Below are positions 9,251-19,000 of a DNA stretch of 34,829 nucleotides, in pieces. Source of the DNA: Flavobacterium sp. (GTDB lineage: Bacteria; Bacteroidota; Bacteroidia; Flavobacteriales; Flavobacteriaceae); the NCBI GenBank assembly GCA_015478765.1, contig JADMKR010000070.1, forward strand, positions 1-34,829, written 5' to 3'. The position numbers and the translations under genes were made by a program. Numbering within the stretch: the first letter of the stretch is position 1; each line of letters starts with the position of its first letter. The notes under the pieces are model-generated. The model did no database searches. It saw only the letters and a list, made by a program, of their open reading frames with translations, and was not told the origin of the DNA.

Positions 9251-9964
9251 TTATTCGGCTTTGCTTTTGACTACCAACCGGAAGCCTTCACCGTGGATGT
9301 TGAGTATTTCGACTTCATCATCACGTTTTAAGTATTTCCTAAGTTTGGCGATGTAGACGTCCATGCTTCGCGAGGTAAAGTAGTTGTCATCTCTCCAAAT
9401 CTTGGTCAGTGCAAGCTCACGCGGCATAAGATCGTTCTCGTGAAGCGTCAACATCTTCAGCAATTCGTTTTCCTTGGGGGAAAGTTTTATAGGCTCTTCG
9501 TCTTTGTAAGTCAGGAACCTAAGTTTCGAGTTCAGGTGGAAATTACCGATCTGGAATTCAAACTTGACATGATCATTCTTATTATCGGCCGCCTTACGCT
9601 GAATGATGGCTTTGATTTTCATCAGAAGTACTTCTGAATCGAATGGCTTGTTTAAATAATCATCGGCACCTACCTTATAACCTTTCAGCACATCTTCTTT
9701 CATCGATTTTGCTGTAAGGAATATGATTGGAACGTCCTTATTTTTTTCACGGATTTCCTTTGCAAGGGTATAGCCGTCTTTATACGGCATCATAACATCC
9801 AGTATACAAAGATCGTAAGTGTCTTTCTTGAATTTCTCAAAGCCTTCCATTCCATTTTTGGCCAGTGTGACATCAAAATCATTTAATGTCAGATAATCTT
9901 TTAAGATTGCACCAAAATTTTGGTCGTCTTCAACTAAGAGAATTTTTTTATTTTCTGTTTCCAT
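9251..9964 (-). CDS. rprY: OmpR-family response regulator RprY
   Basis: LLVEDD, LDVMMP, FLTAK, GADDYLNKPF, winged helix IWRDDNYFTSRSMDVYIAKLRK...HGEGFRL. Confidence 0.9.
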   Translation of the reverse strand: METENKKILLVEDDQNFGAILKDYLTLNDFDVTLAKNGMEGFEKFKKDTYDLCILDVMMPYKDGYTLAKEIREKNKDVPIIFLTAKSMKEDVLKGYKVGADDYLNKPFDSEVLLMKIKAIIQRKAADNKNDHVKFEFQIGNFHLNSKLRFLTYKDEEPIKLSPKENELLKMLTLHENDLMPRELALTKIWRDDNYFTSRSMDVYIAKLRKYLKRDDEVEILNIHGEGFRLVVKSKAE

Positions 9965-9968
9965 AGCT

Positions 9969-11552
9969 TTAGTTTATTAGTGGTATTTTTAAAATAAAGG
10001 TACTACCCTTTCCTTTTTCGCTTTCGACGAATATCTGTCCGTTATGATCATCCACGATTCTCTTTACATATGCCAGTCCTAGTCCGTGGCCTTTTACATT
10101 GTGTAAGTCACCGGTGTGTTCCCGGTAAAACTTTTCGAAAATTCGTTTTTGAGCAATTTTACTCATACCTGTTCCGTGATCTCTGACTTTTATTATCACA
10201 AAATCTTTTACATTTTCTGTGAAAATATCGATTGCCGGAGCCTCCGGAGAATATTTAATAGCGTTGTCAAGGATATTTACCAATACATTGGTAAAATGCA
10301 CGTCGTTTAACAATACGGTGGATCGACTGGCCCTGAAATGCGTTTTAATTGTTCCTTCACGATCTTCGATAATCAAATTAACGTGTTCCATCGCATCTTC
10401 CAGAATATCATGAATATCGTGTGAATCTTTGCTGATTTCGAGCTCCTTCTTCTCGAGTTTGGAGATCCTCAATACATTCTCAACCTGGGCGTGCATGCGC
10501 TTATTTTCATCCCTGATCATCTGCAGATATCGCTTTACCTTTTCCTGATCATCGATAACCTTTGGATTTCGGATCGCGTCCAAAGCAAGGTTAATCGTGG
10601 CGATCGGCGTTTTGAACTCATGCGTCATGTTGTTGATGAAATCGGTTTTTATCTCCGATATCTGACGTTGCTTGATCAATTGATTTAGTGCACTTGAATA
10701 GGCAATTATAATAATCAATGTAAATACAATCGACAATAATGTAATGCTGACGAGTTCTGAAAACAGGAATCGCTTTTTTTGCGGAAAGCTTACCAATAAC
10801 TGATATTTGTTCTTACCCTCGCTGTCCAGGAATATGGGAACGGCAAACGTTGCTTCTTTGTCGTATCTGAAATTATCAGATCGTATCTTGGTCGCCAACC
10901 CATTGCTATACACACCGAATTCAAAAGGTGTTTTGACACCAAAGTCATCCAACTGCTTACTGAGTAAGGCCTGTACTTTCTCTTTCGTTACTCTATCCTG
11001 AAGCGGTCGCAATGCAGCAATATCCCTAAATGATATCTCAAACAAGGCGTTGTCCATAATATCGAGGTCACCCGACTTTTTAATGGTAATATCTGGAATA
11101 ACATTTCGTTGCAATCCCGATTTATCAATATTGCCTTTATTATAAATCTCGGTTTTGCGCTTCGAGGTGTAATTCCGGAGCTTTACGCTATCTGCTTTCT
11201 TATCAAAGAACGACGACGAAATATTGTAATCTTCAGATAATATACTGTTGGAATAAACAATGGTTTCGTTCGTGCGTGAATCTCGTTGGTAGTATATAAA
11301 TTCCAAAAAGTCGCTCTTCTGAGGTTCTTTCCCTATACTATCCTTCAACATTCGGTACTTCTCCAGAAAACTGTTTACTTCCTCCTGCTGCAACTGATCG
11401 GCAACATTATTTATAACCTGGGTAACATGAAACCGAAATTGTTCATCATTGTTCTTGAACGAAGTGTTAAACCAGTAAACCTGCACTAAAATGATCCCTA
11501 TTAAGGATAAGCTCATTAAGATTACAAGTAATCTGAAAAACAATTTATTCAT
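9969..11552 (-). CDS. rprX: Sensor histidine kinase RprX
   Basis: Two TM segments, H-box NNMTHEFKTP, N-box NILDNAIKYS, G1 DHGTG, G2 GHGLGL. Confidence 0.88.
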   Translation of the reverse strand: MNKLFFRLLVILMSLSLIGIILVQVYWFNTSFKNNDEQFRFHVTQVINNVADQLQQEEVNSFLEKYRMLKDSIGKEPQKSDFLEFIYYQRDSRTNETIVYSNSILSEDYNISSSFFDKKADSVKLRNYTSKRKTEIYNKGNIDKSGLQRNVIPDITIKKSGDLDIMDNALFEISFRDIAALRPLQDRVTKEKVQALLSKQLDDFGVKTPFEFGVYSNGLATKIRSDNFRYDKEATFAVPIFLDSEGKNKYQLLVSFPQKKRFLFSELVSITLLSIVFTLIIIIAYSSALNQLIKQRQISEIKTDFINNMTHEFKTPIATINLALDAIRNPKVIDDQEKVKRYLQMIRDENKRMHAQVENVLRISKLEKKELEISKDSHDIHDILEDAMEHVNLIIEDREGTIKTHFRASRSTVLLNDVHFTNVLVNILDNAIKYSPEAPAIDIFTENVKDFVIIKVRDHGTGMSKIAQKRIFEKFYREHTGDLHNVKGHGLGLAYVKRIVDDHNGQIFVESEKGKGSTFILKIPLIN

Positions 11553-11557
11553 CCTTA

Positions 11558-11565
11558 CAAAATTA
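11558..11565 (-). promoter_or_regulatory. Bacteroidota primary-sigma -7 element for rprXY
   Basis: TAATTTTG on - strand matches TAnnTTTG, 5 nt before the ATG. Confidence 0.6.
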
Positions 11566-11623
11566 ACTTTTTAACATTTAATCGACGGATACATTAACCA
11601 AATATTAACAAATACCTAATTAA

Positions 11624-12205
11624 TTATGTATTATTTAATTTTTTATGTATTTCCATGACTTTGGCCTCCAAATTTTCCGATCCCGAATTGAGAATTACAT
11701 AGTTACTCAGTTTTTCACGGTCGCGATCTTGCCACTGATTAGCCATGCGGCTCAGTACATTTTCCCGTGTCGTATTATCACGTTGAATAACGCGTTTTAT
11801 TCGAGTCTCGACCGGTGCACTTACCGTGATTATTTCGTCACAGTTTTTATAGGAACCACTTTCAAATAGTATCGCCGCCTCTTTAATCACGTAACCGGAA
11901 GTTTGTTGGCCTACCCATTGCTGGAAATGCGCAGCTACGGCGGGATGTACAATGGAATTTAATTGGCGAAGCTTGTCGGCATCGTTAAACACAATTTGTG
12001 CCAGTGCTGTGCGGTCGACTGCATCGTTTCTGAGGATTTGATTTCCGAACAGTGCCGCAATTTTATTTCGTACTTCAGGTGTATCCAGTATCTCCCTTCC
12101 GATTTCATCTGCAAAATATACAGGAACACCAAGTTGCTGAAAAATCTTCGCTACCGTCGTTTTCCCGCTGCCAATTCCGCCCGTGAGTCCGATAATTTTT
12201 GTCAT
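11624..12205 (-). CDS. coaE: Dephospho-CoA kinase
   Basis: IGLTGGIGSGKTT, LNSIVHP, EAAILFE, RIKRVIQRD. Confidence 0.95.
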   Translation of the reverse strand: MTKIIGLTGGIGSGKTTVAKIFQQLGVPVYFADEIGREILDTPEVRNKIAALFGNQILRNDAVDRTALAQIVFNDADKLRQLNSIVHPAVAAHFQQWVGQQTSGYVIKEAAILFESGSYKNCDEIITVSAPVETRIKRVIQRDNTTRENVLSRMANQWQDRDREKLSNYVILNSGSENLEAKVMEIHKKLNNT

Positions 12206-13200
12206 ACTTTAAAAAATAATTCCGGAAACACCTCACGGGGATCCCGTTTTAAAATTTCAACCTGAAAAAATGCTTTTAAAAATCCGATTCCGTATCCGTA
12301 AAACTGAATTGCGGCAGCTATAACAGAATTCACGCCGATAAAAATATTCCGATACTTTAAGGTTGCAACAATTAAAATAATCAGAAAATATAGGAGATAG
12401 ACCGCAATTGGGAGGAATTGACCCAGCAGCATTAATAAAATAGCGACGCAAAATCCCAAGATAAAAAGGGTCGGTAAAAAGAATGTCAGTTTTTTATATT
12501 CCGGATGCCAACTGTTTAAAATTGGACGTGCCTTTCCGAATTTATTGACCTGTTGGAAAAACTTCTGCCAACTGATCCGCCTTTTGTGATAAACGTATGC
12601 TTGCGGAATCAAAATCGTATCGAACCCCATCTTCCACAGTCGCATTGACAAATCCGGATCTTCTCCCGGATGAATATTTCCGAAACCCTGCGTGGCATTA
12701 AATGCTTTGCGGGAAATCCCCATATTGAAACTGCGCGGCTGAAACTTAGCCAGGTTTTCCGAGCCACCACGTATGCCACCAGTAGTTAAAAACGATGTCA
12801 TGGCAAAATCTACAGCTTTTTGAATCTGAGTGAACGATTCATGCGACTGATCCGGTCCGCCGAAACAATCCACGTAGTTCTTATCAAGAGCTTCGGCAAC
12901 AACGCTTAAATATTGTTTGGGGATGATACAATCGGAGTCGAATATTATAAAGTAATCGCCTTTAGCTTTCTTCATACCGAAGTTGCGCGAATCGCCCGGT
13001 CCGGAATTATTTTTAAAATAATACGAAATAGTAAGTTCCGGGCTATATTTTGCAGCCACATCTTTGCACAATATAGTCGATCCGTCTTCGACAAGAACAA
13101 TTTCAAACGGCTCCCTGAACTCAGAATCCACTAAACTTCGAAGCAATTCGTCAACTTCGTCGGGGCGGTTGAATACCGGAATGACAATGGAGAAATACAT
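12202..13200 (-). CDS. Family 2 glycosyltransferase with C-terminal membrane segments
   Basis: SIVIPVFN, VEDGS, GPGDSRNFG, FDSD (DxD), GEDPDLS; 4-bp overlap with coaE. Confidence 0.9.
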   Translation of the reverse strand: MYFSIVIPVFNRPDEVDELLRSLVDSEFREPFEIVLVEDGSTILCKDVAAKYSPELTISYYFKNNSGPGDSRNFGMKKAKGDYFIIFDSDCIIPKQYLSVVAEALDKNYVDCFGGPDQSHESFTQIQKAVDFAMTSFLTTGGIRGGSENLAKFQPRSFNMGISRKAFNATQGFGNIHPGEDPDLSMRLWKMGFDTILIPQAYVYHKRRISWQKFFQQVNKFGKARPILNSWHPEYKKLTFFLPTLFILGFCVAILLMLLGQFLPIAVYLLYFLIILIVATLKYRNIFIGVNSVIAAAIQFYGYGIGFLKAFFQVEILKRDPREVFPELFFKV

Positions 13201-13213
13201 AGAAATATTTTAA

Positions 13214-13221
13214 CAAATATA
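13214..13221 (-). promoter_or_regulatory. -7 promoter element for GT2-coaE
   Basis: TATATTTG on - strand (TAnnTTTG), 13 nt upstream of ATG 13200. Confidence 0.65.
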
Positions 13222-13257
13222 CTTCATACATACAAAAGAGGTTACAAGAAATTTGTC

Positions 13258-13288
13258 AAAAAAAAGGGCCGCCATTTGGCAGCCCTTT
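13258..13288 (-). terminator. Intrinsic terminator of T9SS gene 1
   Basis: - strand: AAAGGGCTGCCA-AA-TGGCGGCCC followed by T8 (one G-U pair). Confidence 0.85.
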
Positions 13289-13306
13289 CTACTAGTAAGA
13301 ATCAAT

Positions 13307-15856
13307 TTATTCCTTGATTACCTTCACGGATTTTATTTGATCACCACTTGAAACCTTCAAAATGTAAGCACCACTTGGCAATGTCGACATATCGACCTGT
13401 CCTGATGTTGCATTTAGGTTCTTGGCTGAAACCTGCTGGCCCAATAAGTTAAATATTGTGACAGAAGTTATTTCGGAAGTATATGATAAATTCAAAACGT
13501 CTTTTACCGGATTTGGATAGACAGCAAACGAACTTGCATCAAAAGTATTCGTACTTAGAGATGCGTCATACACTGATATAGCGAACGGTCCGGCGTTATC
13601 ATTGTTATATTCGTAAACCCTCAGATAGATGGTGCTGCCAGGTGCAACGCCTGATACTGTAGTCATTGAATAGTTACCTGTAGCGGCACCATCATCATCA
13701 CACCCAATTTGTGTCAGCGTACCGCATGATCCGCTATAAATAGTTACCACTGTGTCGATACCGGTACCAGTAGATGGCGACCCGGTTTCGATTGTAAGGC
13801 TTCCACTTGCTGGAACCACTGCACTATACCAAACATCACCGCCTGCAAATCCGAAACATGTGCCCGGTACTGGCTGGCTTGAATCGGTAGCACCCAATGT
13901 TGTTCCGTCGACTACATTATCAGAATATACACCTCCAGGGATTAGGCTGATCGCATCAGAACATTCGTCATTGGCCGGTGCAACGGGTGGAGCAACTGTT
14001 AAAACACCGCTGATGTTGGCTGTACCGTCCCAAAAACCATTTGCATATCCACCATATACATAACCTCCGTTGTTTAAACGGAAACGTGTAGCATAGTAAT
14101 ATGTTCCAGGTGTCAAATTAGCACCTATGGTCGCCATATATTCATCGTTGTTACCAACATATGCAGCATTGTGAGTAGCAGGGATCCAGTTTGTCCATGT
14201 TGATGGATCTGTGTTCTGTCCTTCAGGACTGATACCAACCCATGCTGAAATTCCCGGAGCCTGTCCGTCGATATTTGGCGCGACATCTGTCAAACCTCCT
14301 TCATAAACTTGTCCGTAAACTGTATCAGATCCACCCTGATCGATATTAATAGTTGCTGGCCATTGTAGGTTTGCATAATCTGGCTCATCTGTTGAAGGAA
14401 CTCCACAAACAATACTTCGCGTTCTACTCGTCGTATTGGAAGTACACTGATTGTCTACGTGTGTATAAAATCGTACTTGACCGGTAATGGTAGACACCCA
14501 TGTTAACGGCGTTGTATCAGCGGCAAACGAGGTTGTACCGTCGGCATTTGAAACAGTGATAAAATCAGTGGCTATCGAACTGCTGAATGTATAGGTCTGT
14601 CCGGCGGTAACGTTAACCAGGGAGTATTCCCCTGCAAATCCTGCCGTGGTAATTTGATTTACGGCTACCCCATCGCATTCGGCAGGAGTATATCCAGTTG
14701 TGCCGCCTGGCCACTGGCCATTTGGAGAAGCAAGACAGTATCCAGGTGCTGCTTCGGTAGTAAAGCTCCATACCGAACAACCCGTTGCGCTGCCCGCAAT
14801 GTTTTTAGGAACAATCATCCAGTATACAACCGTGTTGTAACCATTTAACTGCAGTGCCGTACCGGTTGTATTGGTAGTGTAATTACCCACCAACGTTGTA
14901 ACATCATCAGCAGTGTTGCCAACATAGAGATCGTAGGAAGTTGGCATATCGCCGGTCGCCGGTACATCCCACGTTAATGTTATTGGGCCAACGGGAACAT
15001 CAATGGCGCCCATTGCCGGCGATGGATTGGATGCACATCCCGGTAATAAAGTAGTATTGAACAAATGTGGCCCTGACCATGAGCTATAGCCATCTGTACC
15101 GCAGTCGTTTCGAACATAGAACTCATAAGCTGTCATGGCAGTCAGGCCAGTTGCGGTGTAGGTAGTTCCTGTGACTTCCTCGCCGGTACCATCAGCGGTT
15201 GAAGGCGTTCCGGTGCCGGCAGGCTGTACCACGATTGCGGCATTGGTTTCAGCGGAAGTCCACGATAATTGAGCCTCAGTCGATGATGTTATGCTGGCAG
15301 TACCGTTTGAAGGCGCGACGCATGTTGGAATGACAACAGTCACGGTGTAATCCTCAGCCTGGCCATATCCATTTTCAAGCGAATTGCAGGCATCTGTATA
15401 TTCAAAGTATGATTTTACGATACGCATCCGAGTCGATCCGGGAAGCGCTGTAGCCGGAACAACAACAGTACCCGAAACCTGCAAACCGTCCAAACCGGTC
15501 GAATTGGTAATGGAGCCTATTTCGTAAGTCTCACCTACATCGTCAAAATCACCATCTTGATTCCAGTCGGCATAAACGGCAAAATAATTTACGTAATTTC
15601 CGCCGGTGTTTCCTTCAAATATGGCAGGATAGCTGCCACCGGTATCTACCGATCCCATCATGGCGGTAAAATCCTCATGCTCAGGCCCGCCTAGGTCGGC
15701 TAACGTAACATTATTGATACCCGCCAAATTTACTCTGGTAATGGGCTCGACACCCCATTGAAATTCTAATGGCCCGCAATAAGGCGTGGGAAATTGCGCA
15801 TAACTGCTGGATGCAAAGCCCAGCAGCAATACAAGCAAAAAAGTAATTTTTTTCAT
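13307..15856 (-). CDS. T9SS type A-secreted modular surface protein 1 (GEVED, FN3-like, amylopullulanase-like module, Cys-containing 'PANDxC' domain, CTD); 849 aa
   Basis: Start reassigned to ATG 15856 (MKKITFLLVLLLGFASSSYAQ signal peptide); TRMRI...YGQAEDY; LSW...YEFYVR FN3; C-terminal VYPNPVKDVL...LPSGAYILKV...KVIKE. Confidence 0.9.
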   Translation of the reverse strand: MKKITFLLVLLLGFASSSYAQFPTPYCGPLEFQWGVEPITRVNLAGINNVTLADLGGPEHEDFTAMMGSVDTGGSYPAIFEGNTGGNYVNYFAVYADWNQDGDFDDVGETYEIGSITNSTGLDGLQVSGTVVVPATALPGSTRMRIVKSYFEYTDACNSLENGYGQAEDYTVTVVIPTCVAPSNGTASITSSTEAQLSWTSAETNAAIVVQPAGTGTPSTADGTGEEVTGTTYTATGLTAMTAYEFYVRNDCGTDGYSSWSGPHLFNTTLLPGCASNPSPAMGAIDVPVGPITLTWDVPATGDMPTSYDLYVGNTADDVTTLVGNYTTNTTGTALQLNGYNTVVYWMIVPKNIAGSATGCSVWSFTTEAAPGYCLASPNGQWPGGTTGYTPAECDGVAVNQITTAGFAGEYSLVNVTAGQTYTFSSSIATDFITVSNADGTTSFAADTTPLTWVSTITGQVRFYTHVDNQCTSNTTSRTRSIVCGVPSTDEPDYANLQWPATINIDQGGSDTVYGQVYEGGLTDVAPNIDGQAPGISAWVGISPEGQNTDPSTWTNWIPATHNAAYVGNNDEYMATIGANLTPGTYYYATRFRLNNGGYVYGGYANGFWDGTANISGVLTVAPPVAPANDECSDAISLIPGGVYSDNVVDGTTLGATDSSQPVPGTCFGFAGGDVWYSAVVPASGSLTIETGSPSTGTGIDTVVTIYSGSCGTLTQIGCDDDGAATGNYSMTTVSGVAPGSTIYLRVYEYNNDNAGPFAISVYDASLSTNTFDASSFAVYPNPVKDVLNLSYTSEITSVTIFNLLGQQVSAKNLNATSGQVDMSTLPSGAYILKVSSGDQIKSVKVIKE

Positions 15857-15887
15857 GAACTGAATGTATTTGGTTAATAATAAAGGG

Positions 15888-15917
15888 CAAATTATGATAT
15901 TAATTGAAACAATGCAA
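15888..15917 (-). promoter_or_regulatory. Candidate promoter of T9SS gene 1
   Basis: - strand TTG-N19-ATAATTTG; imperfect -7 element. Confidence 0.4.
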
Positions 15918-15962
15918 CTCTCCAAGCTAATTTGTTATCAGTGCTTTAGCCAATTAACAGAC

Positions 15963-15994
15963 AAAAAAAAAGGCTGCCCTGGGGCAGCCTTTTT
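15963..15994 (-). terminator. Intrinsic terminator of T9SS gene 2
   Basis: AAAAAGGCTGCCC-TG-GGGCAGCCTTTTT perfect inverted repeat; T9 on - strand. Confidence 0.9.
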
Positions 15995-16009
15995 ATAAAA
16001 GAATTTTGA

Positions 16010-19000
16010 TTACTGTTTAACCACTTTAAAAGTCTTGCTTACTCCGTCGGCAGTAGCTTTGACGATGTAAGTTCCAGAAGGCAACGCCGACATGTCGACA
16101 CTGCTCTCAGTGGCATTAATATTCTGAATAATTACCTGTTGACCCAGTACATTGAATACAGAGATCGCGGAAATAATACCAGAATGTTTAACTCTCAATA
16201 CATCTTTTACCGGGTTAGGATAATAGTCGAATGCATCAATAGTAAACGTATCGGTACTTAACGAGGAATCATATGCAGATATGGCAAACGGGCCTTCATT
16301 GTCATTTCCGTACTCATAAACTCGTACGTAAATGGTACTTCCAGGTACTTGACCTGAAACTGTCAGAAGCGAGTACGCTCCTGTTGCCGCACCATCATCA
16401 TCACAGCTAATTTGAGTCAGCGCACCGCATGTGCCACTATATGCAGTTATAACCGTATCAACTCCGGTACCAACTGTTGGGTTACCAGTTTCGATTGTAA
16501 GGCTTCCACTTGCAGGCACAACGGCAGTAAACCAAACGTCGCCACCTGAAAAACCGAAACATGTTGTTGGCGTCGGTTCGCTTGAAGTGGTTGCGCCTGC
16601 ACTTGAGGCATCCACCACGTTATCAGCATATACCCCACCCGCTGTTAAAGCGGTAGCATTGGCACAGTCGTCATTTGACGGCGGCGGCGGCGGTGTTCCA
16701 ACACATATGTTGAAATTTGTACGTGACGTTGTACTAAACGTGTAAACACGCACATAGTAAGTTGAACCAACTGTAAGACCGGAAACATTCATAGTATTCG
16801 GATCGCTACACTGTACCGAGGTAAGGGTTCCACAAGTTCCTGAAAGGATCTGCATATACATATCGGTAGAAGTTCCCGTGAACGCCACTACATTTGATAA
16901 AGCAATGCGGTGTGCAGTATTGGTAGCCACAAAGCTGAACCATACATCGTCGTCAGGATTACCGGAACAAGGAGTTGCAGCCATCGATTCAGTGGCGCCA
17001 GCCGTAGTTCCAGCTGTAACAACACCACATAAGTAATCAGGATTAACAGTTAAGGAAACCGCTCCGTCGCAATTGTCATTGACAGGTGCAGGTTGTGGTG
17101 GCGGTTCTGTTCCAACACATATGTTGAAATTTGTACGCGACGTAGTACCGAAAGTGTAAACGCGTACGTAGTAAGTTGATCCAACTGTAAGACCTGTAGA
17201 ATTCATAGTATTAGGATCGCTGCATTGTACCGAAGTTAGGGTACCACAAGCTCCTGATAAAAGCTGCATATACATATCTGTCGAAGTTCCGGAAACGTTT
17301 ACAACATCAGAGATAGCGATGCGGTGTGCCGTTGCGGTCGCGACGAAACTAAACCATACATCATCATCAGGATTTCCTGAACATGGCGTCGCAGCCATAG
17401 ACTCTGTAGCACCACCTGTAGTTCCAGCTGTTACAGCCCCGCATAAGTAATCGGGATTAACAGTTAATGAAACAGCGGCATCGCAGTTGTCGTTAGCCGG
17501 TGGTGGCGGTGGCGGTGGTGGTGTCCCAACACAAATATTGAACGTCTGACGCGCTGTAGCATAATAGCTATATACGCGAACGTAGTAAGTGTTACCTACA
17601 GTAAGACCAGTAGTATCCATAGTATTCGGATCGCTACATTGTACCGAAGTAAGAGTTCCGCAAGCTCCTGATAAAATTTGCATATACATGTCGGTGGAAG
17701 TACCTGTTACAGCAACCACATTCGATATAACGATTTGGTGAGCCGTAGCTGTAGCTACAAAGCTAAACCATACATCATCGTCGGGGTTACCGTAACATGG
17801 TGTTGCAGCCATCGACTCGGTAGCGCCAACTGTTGTTCCAGATGTTACAGAACCACAAAGAAGATCAGGATTTACTGTTAAGGAAACCGCAGCATCGCAA
17901 TTATCATTTGCCGGCGGAACCGCCAAAGTAGTAAATGCTGATACAGCCGACCAATCGCTTACGGTGCCAGCGCACTCTGACTGAACGTAAAACTCATACG
18001 CCGTCTCAGGCGTCAGTCCTGTAAGCGTATATGGATTCGTAGTAACTGTAATTACGGTTCCGGTTCCAGGGGTGAATCCTGCCGGACCGTATTCTATATC
18101 CCATGATGAGCCTGAATTACTGTCAGTCCAGCCTAGTACCGCCGATGTGCTTGTAACAGAGGTTGAAGTAAGGCTTGAAGGCACGGCACAATCCGGTGTA
18201 AGTTGTAGGCTAAAATCGTCAAATGCAACATACCAGGAAGCGGTATTGGTGGAGTTTACCCTAACTGCAAAATAGTATACGCCCGAAGTCGTAGGAACAA
18301 ACGTACGTCGCATTTCGTTATATGATACAATAGCCGTTGAGCCTGTACCAGGAATTGTGTACCCGGCACCTAGCTGTGTAGCACCGGTTGAAGTCTGATC
18401 TGTATTATAAAACATATCGACAACCCATCCCGTATGGTTATCACCTTGAACAAACGTTGATAAATCATACGAAGTACCTGCTTCAAGATCGAAACCAGGA
18501 GTCCACATATATTCGTCGGTAGCCAAATAATAAATACGAAGGTAATTAGAGCCTGAATATGCTGTGTTATACGTGGTGGCACTGGATGTTGACCAATCGC
18601 CATTTTCTTTACTCCAGCACGGAGGAAAAGTATTGGTTCCTAATCCGGTTAGCGCATCAAAATTTTCAGTCCACGGCAATGTGGTTATAGGAGCACATAA
18701 TGTCGTAAATAACATCGGACCCGCCCATGCACTTTCGCTGTCACCACAATCCGACTGCACGTAAAAGCTGTATGATGTGTTACCATCCAGGCCGTCAATA
18801 AAATGTGGACTAGTAACATTGTTAACTATAGTACCTGCTCCCGGGGTAAAGCCGGTAATTCCGTATTCTATATTCCATTCAGTTGCGTCACCTGCCTCAG
18901 TCCACTCCAGGTTAGCTGAATCATCGGTAATGTTAGTAGCCTCCAACTCAGTCGGTGCCGCACAATCCGGCGTCAACTCCAATACGAAGTCATCAAATGC

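Noticed and set aside
15857-15925. Longer ORF-track starts for several genes (15925, 20452, 25667, 32926, 34505, 7769)
   Set aside because: Downstream ATGs give canonical signal peptides or family N-termini, and most extensions run through promoter elements or neighbouring genes.
13752-16745. Two + strand ORFs (13752-14063, 16431-16745) that resemble each other (PVSIVRLPLAGTTA)
   Set aside because: Antisense shadows of the paralogous constant modules of the two T9SS genes; the similarity is fully explained by the - strand coding.
16685-17920. Repeats considered as a DGR template/variable pair or a CRISPR-like array
   Set aside because: Differences are mostly synonymous and not adenine-specific; all copies are in frame within one ORF; no reverse transcriptase or cas gene in the window.
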